A DNA stretch of 64,000 nucleotides, taken from contig NZ_JASGDU010000054.1 in assembly GCF_047607065.1 (NCBI RefSeq), forward strand, positions 135 through 64,134. Direction: 5' to 3'. Source of the DNA: Aeromicrobium sp. Its GTDB lineage: Bacteria; Actinomycetota; Actinomycetes; Propionibacteriales; Nocardioidaceae. Within the stretch, counting starts at the first letter, position 1, and each line of letters opens with the position of its first letter. Shown one piece after another: positions 41,462-50,624 of the stretch. A program made the position numbers and the translations under genes. The notes beneath the pieces are model-generated. The model did not search any database. It was not told the origin of the DNA and saw nothing but the letters and a program-made list of their open reading frames with translations.

Positions 41462-42874
41462 ATGACTGAGTTCGGCAAGGACCTCACCGTCACCGAGACC
41501 CCCATACCGGGACTGCTCGTGATCGAGCTGCCCGTGCACGGCGACAGCCGCGGCTGGTTCAAGGAGAACTGGCAGCGCGAGAAGCTGCGTGCCCTCGGCG
41601 TGCCCGACCTCGGTGTCGTGCAGAACAACATCTCCTTCAACGACGCCGTCGGCACGACCCGCGGCATCCACGCCGAGCCGTGGGACAAGTTCGTCTCGGT
41701 CGCCCACGGACGCATCTTCGGTGCCTGGGTCGACCTGCGCGCCGGCGACAGCTTCGGCACGGTCTTCACGGTCGAGCTGGACGCCTCCCGTGCGGTGCTC
41801 GTGCCGCGCGGGGTCGGCAACTCGTACCAGACCCTCGAGCCCGACACGGCCTACACGTACCTCGTCAACGACCACTGGTCGCCCGACGCCGCGTACACCT
41901 TCCTCAATCTGCGCGACGAGACGGCCGCGATCGACTGGCCCATCAGCCTCGACGACGTGGAGATCTCCGAGAAGGACCAGGCTCACCCGCGGCTGGCCGA
42001 CGTCACGCCCTTCGGACCACGCAAAGTCCTCGTCACCGGTGCCAACGGGCAACTCGGCCAGGCCCTGCGCACCCTGTTCGCCGGTCTCGACCACGTCGAG
42101 TTCACCGACGTCGACGAGCTCGACCTCACCGCCGACCTGAGCCGGGCACGGCCGTGGCGCCAGTACGACACGATTATCAACGCCGCCGCCTACACCGCAG
42201 TCGATCAGGCCGAGACGGCCGAGGGGCGCGTCGCCAGCTGGCGGGTCAACGTCGAGGCCGTCGCCAACCTCGCCCGCGTCGCCACGGCCCACCAGCTGAC
42301 CCTGGTCCACGTCTCCAGCGACTACGTCTTCGACGGCAGCCGTGAGGTTCACACCGAGGACGAATCGTTCAGCCCGCTCGGCGTCTACGGGCAGACCAAG
42401 GCTGCGGGAGACGCCCTCGCCGCTACCGTGCCCCGGCACTACGTGGTCCGCACGAGCTGGGTCATCGGCGAGGGCAGCAACTTCGTCCGTACTATGGCCT
42501 CCCTGGCCGAGCGCGGGATCGACCCGAGCGTCGTCGACGACCAGCACGGGCGGCTCACGTTCACGAGCGACCTGGCTGCCGGGATCGGCCACCTGCTCGA
42601 CACCGGTGCCCCGTACGGCACCTACAACCTGTCCAACGACGGGACTGTGCAGTCGTGGGCCGACATCGCCAAGCGCGTCTACGAGCTCACCGGACACGAC
42701 CCGGCACGAGTGACCCCGGTCAGCACCGCCGACTACTACGCCACGGCCGAGGGGCCGATCGCGCCACGACCGACGCACAGTGCGCTGGACCTCACGAAGG
42801 TCACGGCCGCAGGCTTCGTGCCACGTGACGCCGACGAGGCCCTGCGCAACTATCTCGCGGACACTGCGCAATAA
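41462..42874 (+). CDS. rmlCD: fused dTDP-4-dehydrorhamnose 3,5-epimerase / dTDP-4-dehydrorhamnose reductase
   Basis: The N-terminal ~190 aa form an RmlC-like cupin (GDSRGWFKENW, RGIHAEPWDKFVSV). The C-terminal ~280 aa form RmlD (KVLVTGANGQLGQAL, VHVSSDYVFDG, YGQTKAAGD). Confidence 0.9.
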   Translation: MTEFGKDLTVTETPIPGLLVIELPVHGDSRGWFKENWQREKLRALGVPDLGVVQNNISFNDAVGTTRGIHAEPWDKFVSVAHGRIFGAWVDLRAGDSFGTVFTVELDASRAVLVPRGVGNSYQTLEPDTAYTYLVNDHWSPDAAYTFLNLRDETAAIDWPISLDDVEISEKDQAHPRLADVTPFGPRKVLVTGANGQLGQALRTLFAGLDHVEFTDVDELDLTADLSRARPWRQYDTIINAAAYTAVDQAETAEGRVASWRVNVEAVANLARVATAHQLTLVHVSSDYVFDGSREVHTEDESFSPLGVYGQTKAAGDALAATVPRHYVVRTSWVIGEGSNFVRTMASLAERGIDPSVVDDQHGRLTFTSDLAAGIGHLLDTGAPYGTYNLSNDGTVQSWADIAKRVYELTGHDPARVTPVSTADYYATAEGPIAPRPTHSALDLTKVTAAGFVPRDADEALRNYLADTAQ

Positions 42875-42875
42875 A

Positions 42876-42980
42876 AACGTGCGCAGATACGTCCCGCTGG
42901 ATGAGTCGCGTAGGCCGCAAGCGGTCGAAGCCCCGAATCCTGCATCGGCGGGTCATTTCGAGGCTCGCTGTGCTCGCACG
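42876..42980. repeat. palindromic repeat family, degenerate copy (cluster H)
   Basis: aacgtgcgcagatacg (compare aacgtgcgcggatagg), cgtaggccgcaagcggtcgaagcc, gggtcatttcgaggctcgctgtgctcgcacgg. Confidence 0.45.
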
Positions 42981-42993
42981 GAGTAGCCCCGGC

Positions 42994-44235
42994 CTACGGC
43001 CGGCGACGTTCGCGGACGCGGCGGCGGGACCGCCAGATGTTCGCCAGGCCGAGGGTCCACAGCACGTACTGGCTCGCCATCGCCCAGCGGAAGGCCTGCG
43101 GCGTGTACTCCGACCCGGCGGGCGTCAGCCAGTCCAGCACGATCCCGATGGCGATCACGAGGATGAGGCTGGCGACGAATCCGCCTTGGTTGATGATGCC
43201 GATGGCCGCGCCGAGGCGGTCGTCGGGATTGAACTCCCTGCCGTACTCGAAACCGATCACCGAGGCCGGGCCGCCCACGCCGACGACGACCATGAGCAGG
43301 ACCAGCAGCCAGGTCGGCGCGTCGCCGGGCCACAGCAACACCGCCGCCCAGACGGCCATGATCGTTATCACGATGCCCATGACGAGGTCGGAGCGCCGGT
43401 ACGGATGGCGTGAGGTGATTCCGGCTAGTACCGGTCCGGCGGCGATGACCGCGATCACCAGCACGGTCAGCAGCGCCCCGGCTTGATCCGACGACCGGCC
43501 TTCGCCGCGCACGAAGAACGGATAGCCCCACAGCAGGCTGAGTGTCGTCGCGCTGAACTGGGTCGAGAAGTGCGTCCAGAAGCCGAGCCGGGTGCCGGGG
43601 TGGCGCCAGGAGTCGCCGAGGCTGGAGCGCACCAGGGGCCACGAGATCGGCTTGCCGCGGCGGTGCCACGCCCCCGGTTCGTCGCGCACGACGAGGGCCA
43701 GCAGGAGCGTCACGACGATGCCGGCCGAGGCCGAGACCAGGTAGGCGCGCGTCCAACCCCAGTGGGCGAAGGCCCAGGTCATCGGCAGCGCGGCGATGAT
43801 CGCGCCGAGCTGGCCGAGCACGCCGGTCAGCTGGGTCACCAGTGGGATGCGGGCCGAGGTGAACCAGGTGGCGATGAGCCGCAGGACGCAGGTGAAGGTC
43901 ATTGCGTCGCCGGCACCGACGAGCAGCCGCGCGCCGATGGCCTGCGGATAGGACTCGGCCAGCGCGAAGCACGCCTGGCCGAGGGTCATCGTCACCGCGC
44001 CGATGACGATGACGCGCCGCGGGCCGAAGCGGTCTAGGGCCAGGCCGACCGGCACCTGCAGACCCGCGTAGACGAGCAGCTGCACGGTGGCGAAGGTCGC
44101 CAGCTGGGCTGCGGAGATGCCGAAGCGGTCGGCCGCCTCCAGTCCGGCTACGGCCAGCGAGGAGCGGTGGAAGACCGCCAGGAGATAGGCCGAGAGGCCG
44201 ACCAGCCAGATGACGACCGCCGACTGCCTCCTCAC
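42994..44235 (-). CDS. MFS transporter
   Basis: 413 aa with about 12 TM segments and an MFS signature-like loop GLALDRFGPRRV. Confidence 0.85.
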   Translation of the reverse strand: MRRQSAVVIWLVGLSAYLLAVFHRSSLAVAGLEAADRFGISAAQLATFATVQLLVYAGLQVPVGLALDRFGPRRVIVIGAVTMTLGQACFALAESYPQAIGARLLVGAGDAMTFTCVLRLIATWFTSARIPLVTQLTGVLGQLGAIIAALPMTWAFAHWGWTRAYLVSASAGIVVTLLLALVVRDEPGAWHRRGKPISWPLVRSSLGDSWRHPGTRLGFWTHFSTQFSATTLSLLWGYPFFVRGEGRSSDQAGALLTVLVIAVIAAGPVLAGITSRHPYRRSDLVMGIVITIMAVWAAVLLWPGDAPTWLLVLLMVVVGVGGPASVIGFEYGREFNPDDRLGAAIGIINQGGFVASLILVIAIGIVLDWLTPAGSEYTPQAFRWAMASQYVLWTLGLANIWRSRRRVRERRRP

Positions 44236-44272
44236 ATCCTCACCCTAGGGAACGGTCGATGCCGCCCCGCAC

Positions 44273-44339
44273 CCGGTCGTTGAGGCGCGCCCTTCGAGGC
44301 AGGGACCGGACTCCCCGCGCCCGAGCCTCGAAGGGCGAA
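44273..44339. repeat. palindromic repeat family, diverged units (cluster I)
   Basis: ccggtcgttgaggcgcgcccttcgaggcagggaccgg ... cccgagcctcgaagggcgaa. Confidence 0.6.
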
Positions 44340-44342
44340 AGG

Positions 44343-44891
44343 TCAAGCGGCGTCGAGGGCTGCGCGCAGCAGGGCCTCGGTCAGTGCCAGTTCACCGGCC
44401 GAATCCAGGTCCGACCCCGGCGTCACCGTGACGGTGTAGAGCACGCCGTCCTCGTAGGCGGCACCGGTCGTCATGCTGAAACCCGACGCGGTGCCGGTGA
44501 GGATGCGCGCACCCTCGCCGAGGTCCGGCGTGCTCTCGTCCTCGACCTCCAGCGGTGCCTGCATGGCGGCGAGATAGTCGTCGAAGGAGCCGCCGAGGTC
44601 GGACTGCACCATCAGGTCCAGCGAGAAGCTGGTGGCCGTCGGGTCCTCCTGGTCGTACTCACACGCGCCGAGCGGCCCGCTCTCGGCGGTCACCGTGAAC
44701 CCCGCAGCCGCGCTGGCGTCGTCGGCCGAGAGCACGTCGCACGCCTCCGGAGCCTCGGTGGGGGCCTCGTCGGCCTGGCTGACGGAGTCGGAGGGATCGG
44801 GCGAATCGGCGGTCGTGTCGTCATCACCGCACCCGGCGAGCACCAGGGCGAGGGGCAGCAGGACGGCGGAGGCGAAACGGAGACGGCGCAC
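44343..44891 (-). CDS. putative lipoprotein
   Basis: MRRLRFASAVLLPLALVLAGCGDDD (lipobox LAGC), followed by an acidic mature domain. Confidence 0.6.
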   Translation of the reverse strand: MRRLRFASAVLLPLALVLAGCGDDDTTADSPDPSDSVSQADEAPTEAPEACDVLSADDASAAAGFTVTAESGPLGACEYDQEDPTATSFSLDLMVQSDLGGSFDDYLAAMQAPLEVEDESTPDLGEGARILTGTASGFSMTTGAAYEDGVLYTVTVTPGSDLDSAGELALTEALLRAALDAA

Positions 44892-45019
44892 GGAGACTCC
44901 CGGGGACGAAGGGACAGGGACGATCCGATCGTCACGCTAGGGCTGCGGCCTCCCCGGTGCCAAGGGGGTTTTCCCTCACCCTGGCCCCGCCGGCCGGCGT
45001 CCTCGCTAGGCTGCCTTCC

Positions 45020-45988
45020 GTGTCGTCCACCGCCTTGCATGTCGTGACCGGCAAGGGGGGCACCGGTAAGACCACGACTGCCGTGGCGCTGGCGCTCGCC
45101 CTCGCCGACCGGGGCCAGCGCGTCCTCGTGTGCGAAGTCGAGGGGCGCCAGGGCATCGCGCAACTGCTCGACGTGGCCCCGCTGCCGTACGAGGAGCGGC
45201 GCGTCGCCACCGGGCTGGGCGGCGGTGAGGTGTTCGCCCTGGCCATCGACGCCGAATCGGCGCTCCTGGAATACCTCGACATGTTCTACCGGCTCGGCCG
45301 CGCCGGCAAAGCGCTCGACCGGTTCGGCGTCATCGACTTCGCCACGACCATCGCGCCGGGGGTCCGTGATGTGCTGCTGACCGGGAAGATCTACGAGATC
45401 GCCCGCCGCCGCGGCCAACACCAGGACACCGGGCCGCTGTACGACGCCATCGTCATCGACGCGCCGCCGACCGGGCGGATCACGCGCTTCCTCAACGTCA
45501 GCGCCGAGGTGGCCGGCCTGGCCAAGGTGGGACCGATCCGCCGCCAATCCGACGCGATCACCGAGATGATGCGTTCGGAGGCGACCCGTGTCCACCTCGT
45601 CACGGTGCTGGAGGAGATGCCGGTGCAGGAGACGCTCGACGGCATCGCCGAACTGCACGCGGCCGGGCTGCCGGTGGGGCACGTGGTGGTCAACCTGGTC
45701 CGCGCGGCGCTGGTGTCGGACGAGACCGCCGCCGCGCTGGAGGACGGCATCCTGGATGCCGCTGCGGTCGCCGGCGTGCTCACCGGGGCCGGACTCGATC
45801 CCGACGTCGCCGCCGCGCTGCTGGCTGGGGGCCGCGGGCACCTGGAACGGCAGGCGCTCCAGCAGTCCCAGCGCGACCTGCTGGCCGCCGACGCCACGCC
45901 CACGGTCGAACTGCCCGTCGTGGAGCGGACCGACCTCGGCGGCCTGCTGGAACTGGCCGGGTTGCTGCGCGAGGGGAGCCTGGCATGA
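45020..45988 (+). CDS. ArsA/Get3-like P-loop ATPase
   Basis: The GTG at 45020 gives VSSTALHVVTGKGGTGKTTTAVALAL (deviant Walker A). Later IVIDAPPTG. The track ORF starts at 44957. Confidence 0.8.
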   Translation: MSSTALHVVTGKGGTGKTTTAVALALALADRGQRVLVCEVEGRQGIAQLLDVAPLPYEERRVATGLGGGEVFALAIDAESALLEYLDMFYRLGRAGKALDRFGVIDFATTIAPGVRDVLLTGKIYEIARRRGQHQDTGPLYDAIVIDAPPTGRITRFLNVSAEVAGLAKVGPIRRQSDAITEMMRSEATRVHLVTVLEEMPVQETLDGIAELHAAGLPVGHVVVNLVRAALVSDETAAALEDGILDAAAVAGVLTGAGLDPDVAAALLAGGRGHLERQALQQSQRDLLAADATPTVELPVVERTDLGGLLELAGLLREGSLA

Positions 45989-47169
45989 GTCCCCGCGCCC
46001 GCACGGCACCGGACGCCCGCCGCGCCCGCACCCGGCCCCGGGTGGTGGCCCGCGACGTGCGCGGCACGCTCGATGTCGATGCGCTGATCGCCGACAGGTC
46101 CGTCGAGATCGTCGTGTGCTGCGGATCGGGCGGGGTCGGCAAGACGACGACCTCGGCCGCGCTGGCCATGCGGGCCGCCGACGCCGGCCGCCGCGTGTGT
46201 GTCCTGACCATCGACCCGGCACGGCGGCTCGCGCAGTCGATGGGGCTGACCGAGCTGGACAACACGCCCCGCTCGGTCGCCGGCGCGGGCGCGAACGGCG
46301 GCTCGCTCGACGCGATGATGCTCGACATGAAGCGCACCTTCGACGAGGTGGTCGAGGCGCACGCGAGCGCGGAGAAGGCGCGGCAGATCCTCGCCAACCC
46401 GTTCTACCAGGCGCTGTCCAGTTCCTTTGCGGGCACGCAGGAGTACATGGCGATGGAGAAGCTGGGGCAGTTGCACGCGAGCGGTGCCTGGGACCTCATC
46501 GTCGTGGACACCCCACCGTCGCGCTCGGCGCTGGACTTCCTCGACGCGCCCGAGCGGCTGTCGTCGATGCTGGACGGGCGTTTCATCAAGCTGCTGCTCG
46601 CCCCGGCGAAGGGTCCGGCTCGCCTGCTCAGCGCGGGGTTCGGCCTGGTCACCGGGGCGATCAACAAGATCCTCGGTGCCCAGGTCCTCAGCGACGTGCA
46701 GACCTTCGTGGCGGCCTTCGACACGCTGTTCGGCGGTTTCCGGCAGCGCGCCGAGGCCACGTATGCGCTGCTCAAGGCGCCGGGGACGGCGTTCGTGGTG
46801 GTGGCCTCGCCCGAGCCGGCGGCGGTGCGCGAGGCGTCCTATTTCGTCGAACGACTCGCCGGCGATCAGATGCCGCTGGCCGGGCTGGTCGTCAACCGGG
46901 TTCACGACGACGTCGCCGATCAGATCGATCTGGCGGCGGCGCAGGCGGCCATCGCCCGGCTCGCCGAGGGTGACGCGCTGCAGCGGCAGGTGGCCGAGCT
47001 GCTGGCCGTCCATGCCGAGCGTCTGGCTCTGGCTGGTCGGGAGCGGCGCGAGCGGGAGAGTTTCGCCCGGTCGCATCCGGGGGTGGCGCAGGTGCCGGTC
47101 ACCGCGCTGTCGAGTGACGTCCACGACCTCGACGGCCTGCGCCGCGTCGGCGACCTCCTCGCCCGCTGA
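45985..47169 (+). CDS. ArsA/Get3-like P-loop ATPase (second paralogue)
   Basis: IVVCCGSGGVGKTTTSAALAM, IVVDTPPS. ATGA overlap with the preceding paralogue. Same pairing and neighbours as mycobacterial Rv3679/Rv3680. Confidence 0.8.
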   Translation: MSPRARTAPDARRARTRPRVVARDVRGTLDVDALIADRSVEIVVCCGSGGVGKTTTSAALAMRAADAGRRVCVLTIDPARRLAQSMGLTELDNTPRSVAGAGANGGSLDAMMLDMKRTFDEVVEAHASAEKARQILANPFYQALSSSFAGTQEYMAMEKLGQLHASGAWDLIVVDTPPSRSALDFLDAPERLSSMLDGRFIKLLLAPAKGPARLLSAGFGLVTGAINKILGAQVLSDVQTFVAAFDTLFGGFRQRAEATYALLKAPGTAFVVVASPEPAAVREASYFVERLAGDQMPLAGLVVNRVHDDVADQIDLAAAQAAIARLAEGDALQRQVAELLAVHAERLALAGRERRERESFARSHPGVAQVPVTALSSDVHDLDGLRRVGDLLAR

Positions 47170-47178
47170 GCGAGGCCT

Positions 47179-47222
47179 GGTCCCTGAGGTGCGAGGAGCT
47201 TGCGACGAGCCTCGAAGGGACC
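47179..47222. repeat. palindromic repeat family, single complete unit (cluster J)
   Basis: ggtccctgaggtgcgag-gagcttgcgac-gagcctcgaagggacc, sitting between two convergent stop codons (47169 and 47237). Confidence 0.85.
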
Positions 47223-47236
47223 TATCGGTACGTCTC

Positions 47237-47494
47237 TCAGGCGGGCTGGAGGACGCGACGCCACTGGGTCACGTGCGGGCGACGGCGCAGCAGCGCGCGG
47301 CGCTCTCGCTCGGTCATTCCGCCCCAGACGCCCCATTCGATCCGGTTGTCGAGTGCCTCGGCCAGGCATTCGGCGGCCACCGGACAGTGCGTGCAGACGA
47401 CCTTGGCACGGTTCTGCTCAGCGCCCTGGACGAATAACTCCTCGGTTCGCCCACGGCAGGCCGCATGGGCGGCCCAGTTCTCGTTCCACGTCAT
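47237..47494 (-). CDS. whiB4: WhiB-family Fe-S redox-sensing transcription factor, WhiB4-like
   Basis: ACRGRTEELFVQGAEQNRAKVVCTHCPVAAECLAEALDNRIEWGVWGGMTERERRALL has four Cys and GVWGG. It closely parallels M. tuberculosis WhiB4 as I recall it. Synteny with ponA2 also fits. Confidence 0.9.
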   Translation of the reverse strand: MTWNENWAAHAACRGRTEELFVQGAEQNRAKVVCTHCPVAAECLAEALDNRIEWGVWGGMTERERRALLRRRPHVTQWRRVLQPA

Positions 47495-47705
47495 CGATCA
47501 ACCTCCCGAGGTCACCCCGGCAGGGCGGGGCGAAGGTGTCTGGGACGACCGTACGAAAAACCTGAACGTTTCCGGCAGGGCCGCAGGGAGTGTTTCTGTC
47601 TAGTCCTTTCGGACTAGGAATGCCGTAGTCCGCAGCCGTCGTGGGAGGCTCCTTCAAGCGCATGGGTCGTCGCCTGCGTGGAAGCGCGTCCCGTACCCTA
47701 AGCGC

Positions 47706-49904
47706 ATGGAGTGGGACAAAGTCGCTGCGGCTACCGCCACCGCGACGAGCGGGCGCGTTGGCCGTCTGCGTCGCCGTGTCCGCGATGAGCACCGTCCGCC
47801 TTCGCCCGGCGCGGCTGTCATGTCGATCTTGCGGCTCTCGGGCATCGCGGGCCTGCTGGTGGCTTTTATCGTCACACCGGCTGCGGCCCTGACGACCTAC
47901 ACCTTCACCCGGGTCGTCGACGACGTGATGACGCTGCCGCTCGAGTTGCCCGAGACTCCGAATGCGCAGACCAGCCGTCTGTACGCCGCCGGCGGCGAGT
48001 TGATCGCGTACTTCTACCAGGAGAACCGCCAGGACGTTCCGCTCGACCAGATCGCGCCGGTCATGCGCGATGCGATCTTGGCCATCGAAGACCATCGCTT
48101 CTACGAGCACGGCGCGCTCGACCTCGAAGGCACCCTGCGCGCCGCGTTCAACAACGCCGCCGCCGGCTCCACCCAGGGCGGCTCCACGATCACCCAGCAG
48201 CTCGTCAAGATGACCCTGCTCCAGCAGGCCAGCACCGACGAGCAGAAGAAGGCCGCGACCGAGCAGACACTGGCGCGCAAGATGCGCGAGTTGCGCCTGG
48301 CCATCGATATGGAAGAGCGGTACACCAAGGACGAGATCCTGGCGAAGTACCTCAACATCGCCTACTTCGGTGACGGCGCGTACGGGGTGTTTGCCGCAGC
48401 CTCGCACTACTTCTCGGTGACGCCCGACCAGTTGACCACCGCGCAGGCGGCGATGCTTGCCGGTCTGGTCAAGAATCCCGTGGAGTTCGACCCGAACGTC
48501 TACCCCGAGCGCTCGCTGCAGCGCCGCAACACCGTCTTGTCGGTCATGGCCGATCAGGGAAAGATCAGCGCGTCGGAGTCCCAGGAGTTGCAGGCGACCG
48601 GCCTGGATCTCCACGTGACCGAGTTCCCGAACGGCTGCGTGTCCTCCACGGCTGCGTTCTCGTGCGACTACGCGCGCCGCTATCTGCTCGACGAGCCGGC
48701 CCTCGGCAGCACGGTCGAGGAGCGCCGCGAGCGGTTGGAGCGCGGCGGCCTGACGATCAAGTCCAACATCGACCTCAACATGCAGACCGCGATCAACGAC
48801 GCGGTCGCCGCCAGCGTGACGCCCACCGAGAACGCCATCGGTGCGCTGGCCCTCGTCGAACCGGGTTCGGGCAAAGTCCGCGGTGTCGCGCAGTCGCGAC
48901 CGATGGGCCGTGACAAGGCCGCCGGACAGTCCTACATCAATTTCGCCGTGCCCACGCAGTATGGCGATTCCGCCGGATTCCAGGCCGGATCGACGTTCAA
49001 GATGTTCACCCTCGCCGCCGCGCTCAACGCAGGGCTACCCGTGACAACGAGTTTCAACTCGCCCGCGACCATGACCCTGCCGTCGGGCACGTACTTCGAT
49101 TGCAACGGCGATGGCACCGGCAAGTGGACGGTCAGCAACTCCACTTCGTCGGGCACCATGAACATGTACACGGGTATGCGGCTGTCGGTGAACACCTACT
49201 TCGCGCAACTCGAGGCCAAGGTCGGCTTGTGCAAGACCATCCAGATGGCCGAGGCCATGGGCATTGAGGTGCCGGACGGGTCCGACGGGCGGCCGACCAG
49301 CCACGTCCCCTCGTTCACCCTGGGTGTCACCGACGTCAGCGCGCTCGACATGGCTGCGGCCTACGCCGTGCCCGCCTCGGGCGGCATGTACTGCAAGCCG
49401 CAGCCCATCGCCGAGATCCTCGACCACGAAGGTGACGTGCTCAAGACCTACCAGCCCGAATGCACGCGGGTGTTCTCCGAAGAGGTCGCCGCGCAGATCA
49501 ACGACATTACTCGCGGCCTGCAGGAACCGGGCGGCTTCGGCTACTCCCACGGCACCGGCCTGAACATTCCCTCGGCGGCCAAGACCGGTACGACGAGTTC
49601 GGCCAAGGCCGTCTGGTACGTCGGCTACACGCCGGAGTTGTCCACGGCGGCGATGATCGCCGGGGCCGACGCCGACGGCATCCCCATCGCCCTGCGCGGC
49701 GGTAACGCGGCTGGCAGTTCGGTGGCCGGTCCGATGTGGGCACGCGCGATGAAGGTGATCCAGAACTACCTGAGTCCGGTCGACTTCGCCGCGCCGCCGT
49801 CACGCCAACCGTCGGCAAACCCGTCGCCGACACCGACCACGACTCCCACCACGCCCCCGGCGAACCAGCAGACTGACCCGAACGTCACCGTCGTCACCCC
49901 GTAG
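47706..49904 (+). CDS. ponA2: class A penicillin-binding protein
   Basis: GT51 motifs AILAIEDHRFYEHGALD and GGSTITQQLVK. Transpeptidase motifs STFK and KTGT. Thr/Pro-rich tail. The start is uncertain (47706 or the ATG at 47820). Confidence 0.85.
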   Translation: MEWDKVAAATATATSGRVGRLRRRVRDEHRPPSPGAAVMSILRLSGIAGLLVAFIVTPAAALTTYTFTRVVDDVMTLPLELPETPNAQTSRLYAAGGELIAYFYQENRQDVPLDQIAPVMRDAILAIEDHRFYEHGALDLEGTLRAAFNNAAAGSTQGGSTITQQLVKMTLLQQASTDEQKKAATEQTLARKMRELRLAIDMEERYTKDEILAKYLNIAYFGDGAYGVFAAASHYFSVTPDQLTTAQAAMLAGLVKNPVEFDPNVYPERSLQRRNTVLSVMADQGKISASESQELQATGLDLHVTEFPNGCVSSTAAFSCDYARRYLLDEPALGSTVEERRERLERGGLTIKSNIDLNMQTAINDAVAASVTPTENAIGALALVEPGSGKVRGVAQSRPMGRDKAAGQSYINFAVPTQYGDSAGFQAGSTFKMFTLAAALNAGLPVTTSFNSPATMTLPSGTYFDCNGDGTGKWTVSNSTSSGTMNMYTGMRLSVNTYFAQLEAKVGLCKTIQMAEAMGIEVPDGSDGRPTSHVPSFTLGVTDVSALDMAAAYAVPASGGMYCKPQPIAEILDHEGDVLKTYQPECTRVFSEEVAAQINDITRGLQEPGGFGYSHGTGLNIPSAAKTGTTSSAKAVWYVGYTPELSTAAMIAGADADGIPIALRGGNAAGSSVAGPMWARAMKVIQNYLSPVDFAAPPSRQPSANPSPTPTTTPTTPPANQQTDPNVTVVTP

Positions 49905-49910
49905 GCACCC

Positions 49911-50084
49911 GGTGCCTGAGCCTCGAAGGGACCCACCTCAGCCAGCGGACCTCCCCGCGCGCCAGGCCGGTCCCTGAGGTGCGACGAGGAACGAGGAGCC
50001 TCGAAGGGCGAAGCCTGCGGTGGTGGTCATTTCGAGGCTCGCAAGCTCGCACCTCAACGACCGGCTCCGCCTATCTGCGGAATC
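49911..50084. repeat. palindromic repeat family, several units + right TIR (cluster K)
   Basis: gagcctcgaagggacccacctcagccagcggacc; ccggtccctgaggtgcgacgaggaacgaggagcctcgaagggcg; ggtcatttcgaggctcgcaagctcgcacctcaacgaccggctCCGCCTATCTGCGGaatc. Confidence 0.85.
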
Positions 50085-50099
50085 GCCTACCCGCGAACC

Positions 50100-50561
50100 T
50101 TATGCGCCGAGTTGGCGCTTGACCTCGGCGGCGACGACCCCGCCGTCGGCGCGGCCCTTGACCTGGGGCTGCACGACGCCCATGACCCGTCCCATGGCTT
50201 TCATCCCCTCGCCCGCCGCGCCGATGTCCTGCACCGCCGCCGTCACGATCGCGGCGATCTCCTCGGCACTCAGCGCCTCCGGCAGGTAGCCGGCCAGGAT
50301 CGCGGCCTCGTCGCGCTCCTTCTGGGCCAGCTCGGGGCGGCCGCCGGCCTCGAATGCCTCGGCCGACTCGCGGCGCTTCTTGGCCTCCTTGGCGATGACG
50401 TCGAGGACTTCGTCATCGGACAGATCGCGCGCCTCGGTGCCGGCGACCTCGGCGTTGCTGATCGCCGTGAGCACCAGGCGGATCGTCGAGGCGGTCAGTG
50501 CCTCACGGGCCTTGAGAGCGGTGGTCAGGTCGGCGCGCAGACGGTCCTTGAGTTCAGCCAT
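50100..50561 (-). CDS. GatB/YqeY domain protein
   Basis: MAELKDRLRADLTTALKAREALTASTIRLVLTAISNAEV is a typical YqeY N-terminus. Track ORF 50100..51629 is over-extended; the ATG is at 50561. Confidence 0.85.
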   Translation of the reverse strand: MAELKDRLRADLTTALKAREALTASTIRLVLTAISNAEVAGTEARDLSDDEVLDVIAKEAKKRRESAEAFEAGGRPELAQKERDEAAILAGYLPEALSAEEIAAIVTAAVQDIGAAGEGMKAMGRVMGVVQPQVKGRADGGVVAAEVKRQLGA

Positions 50562-50624
50562 ACCCCCAGTCTGACCCATGACGCCAGGTGCCGGCCCCGA
50601 GGCGTCGTGTGCAACGCTGGGGTC

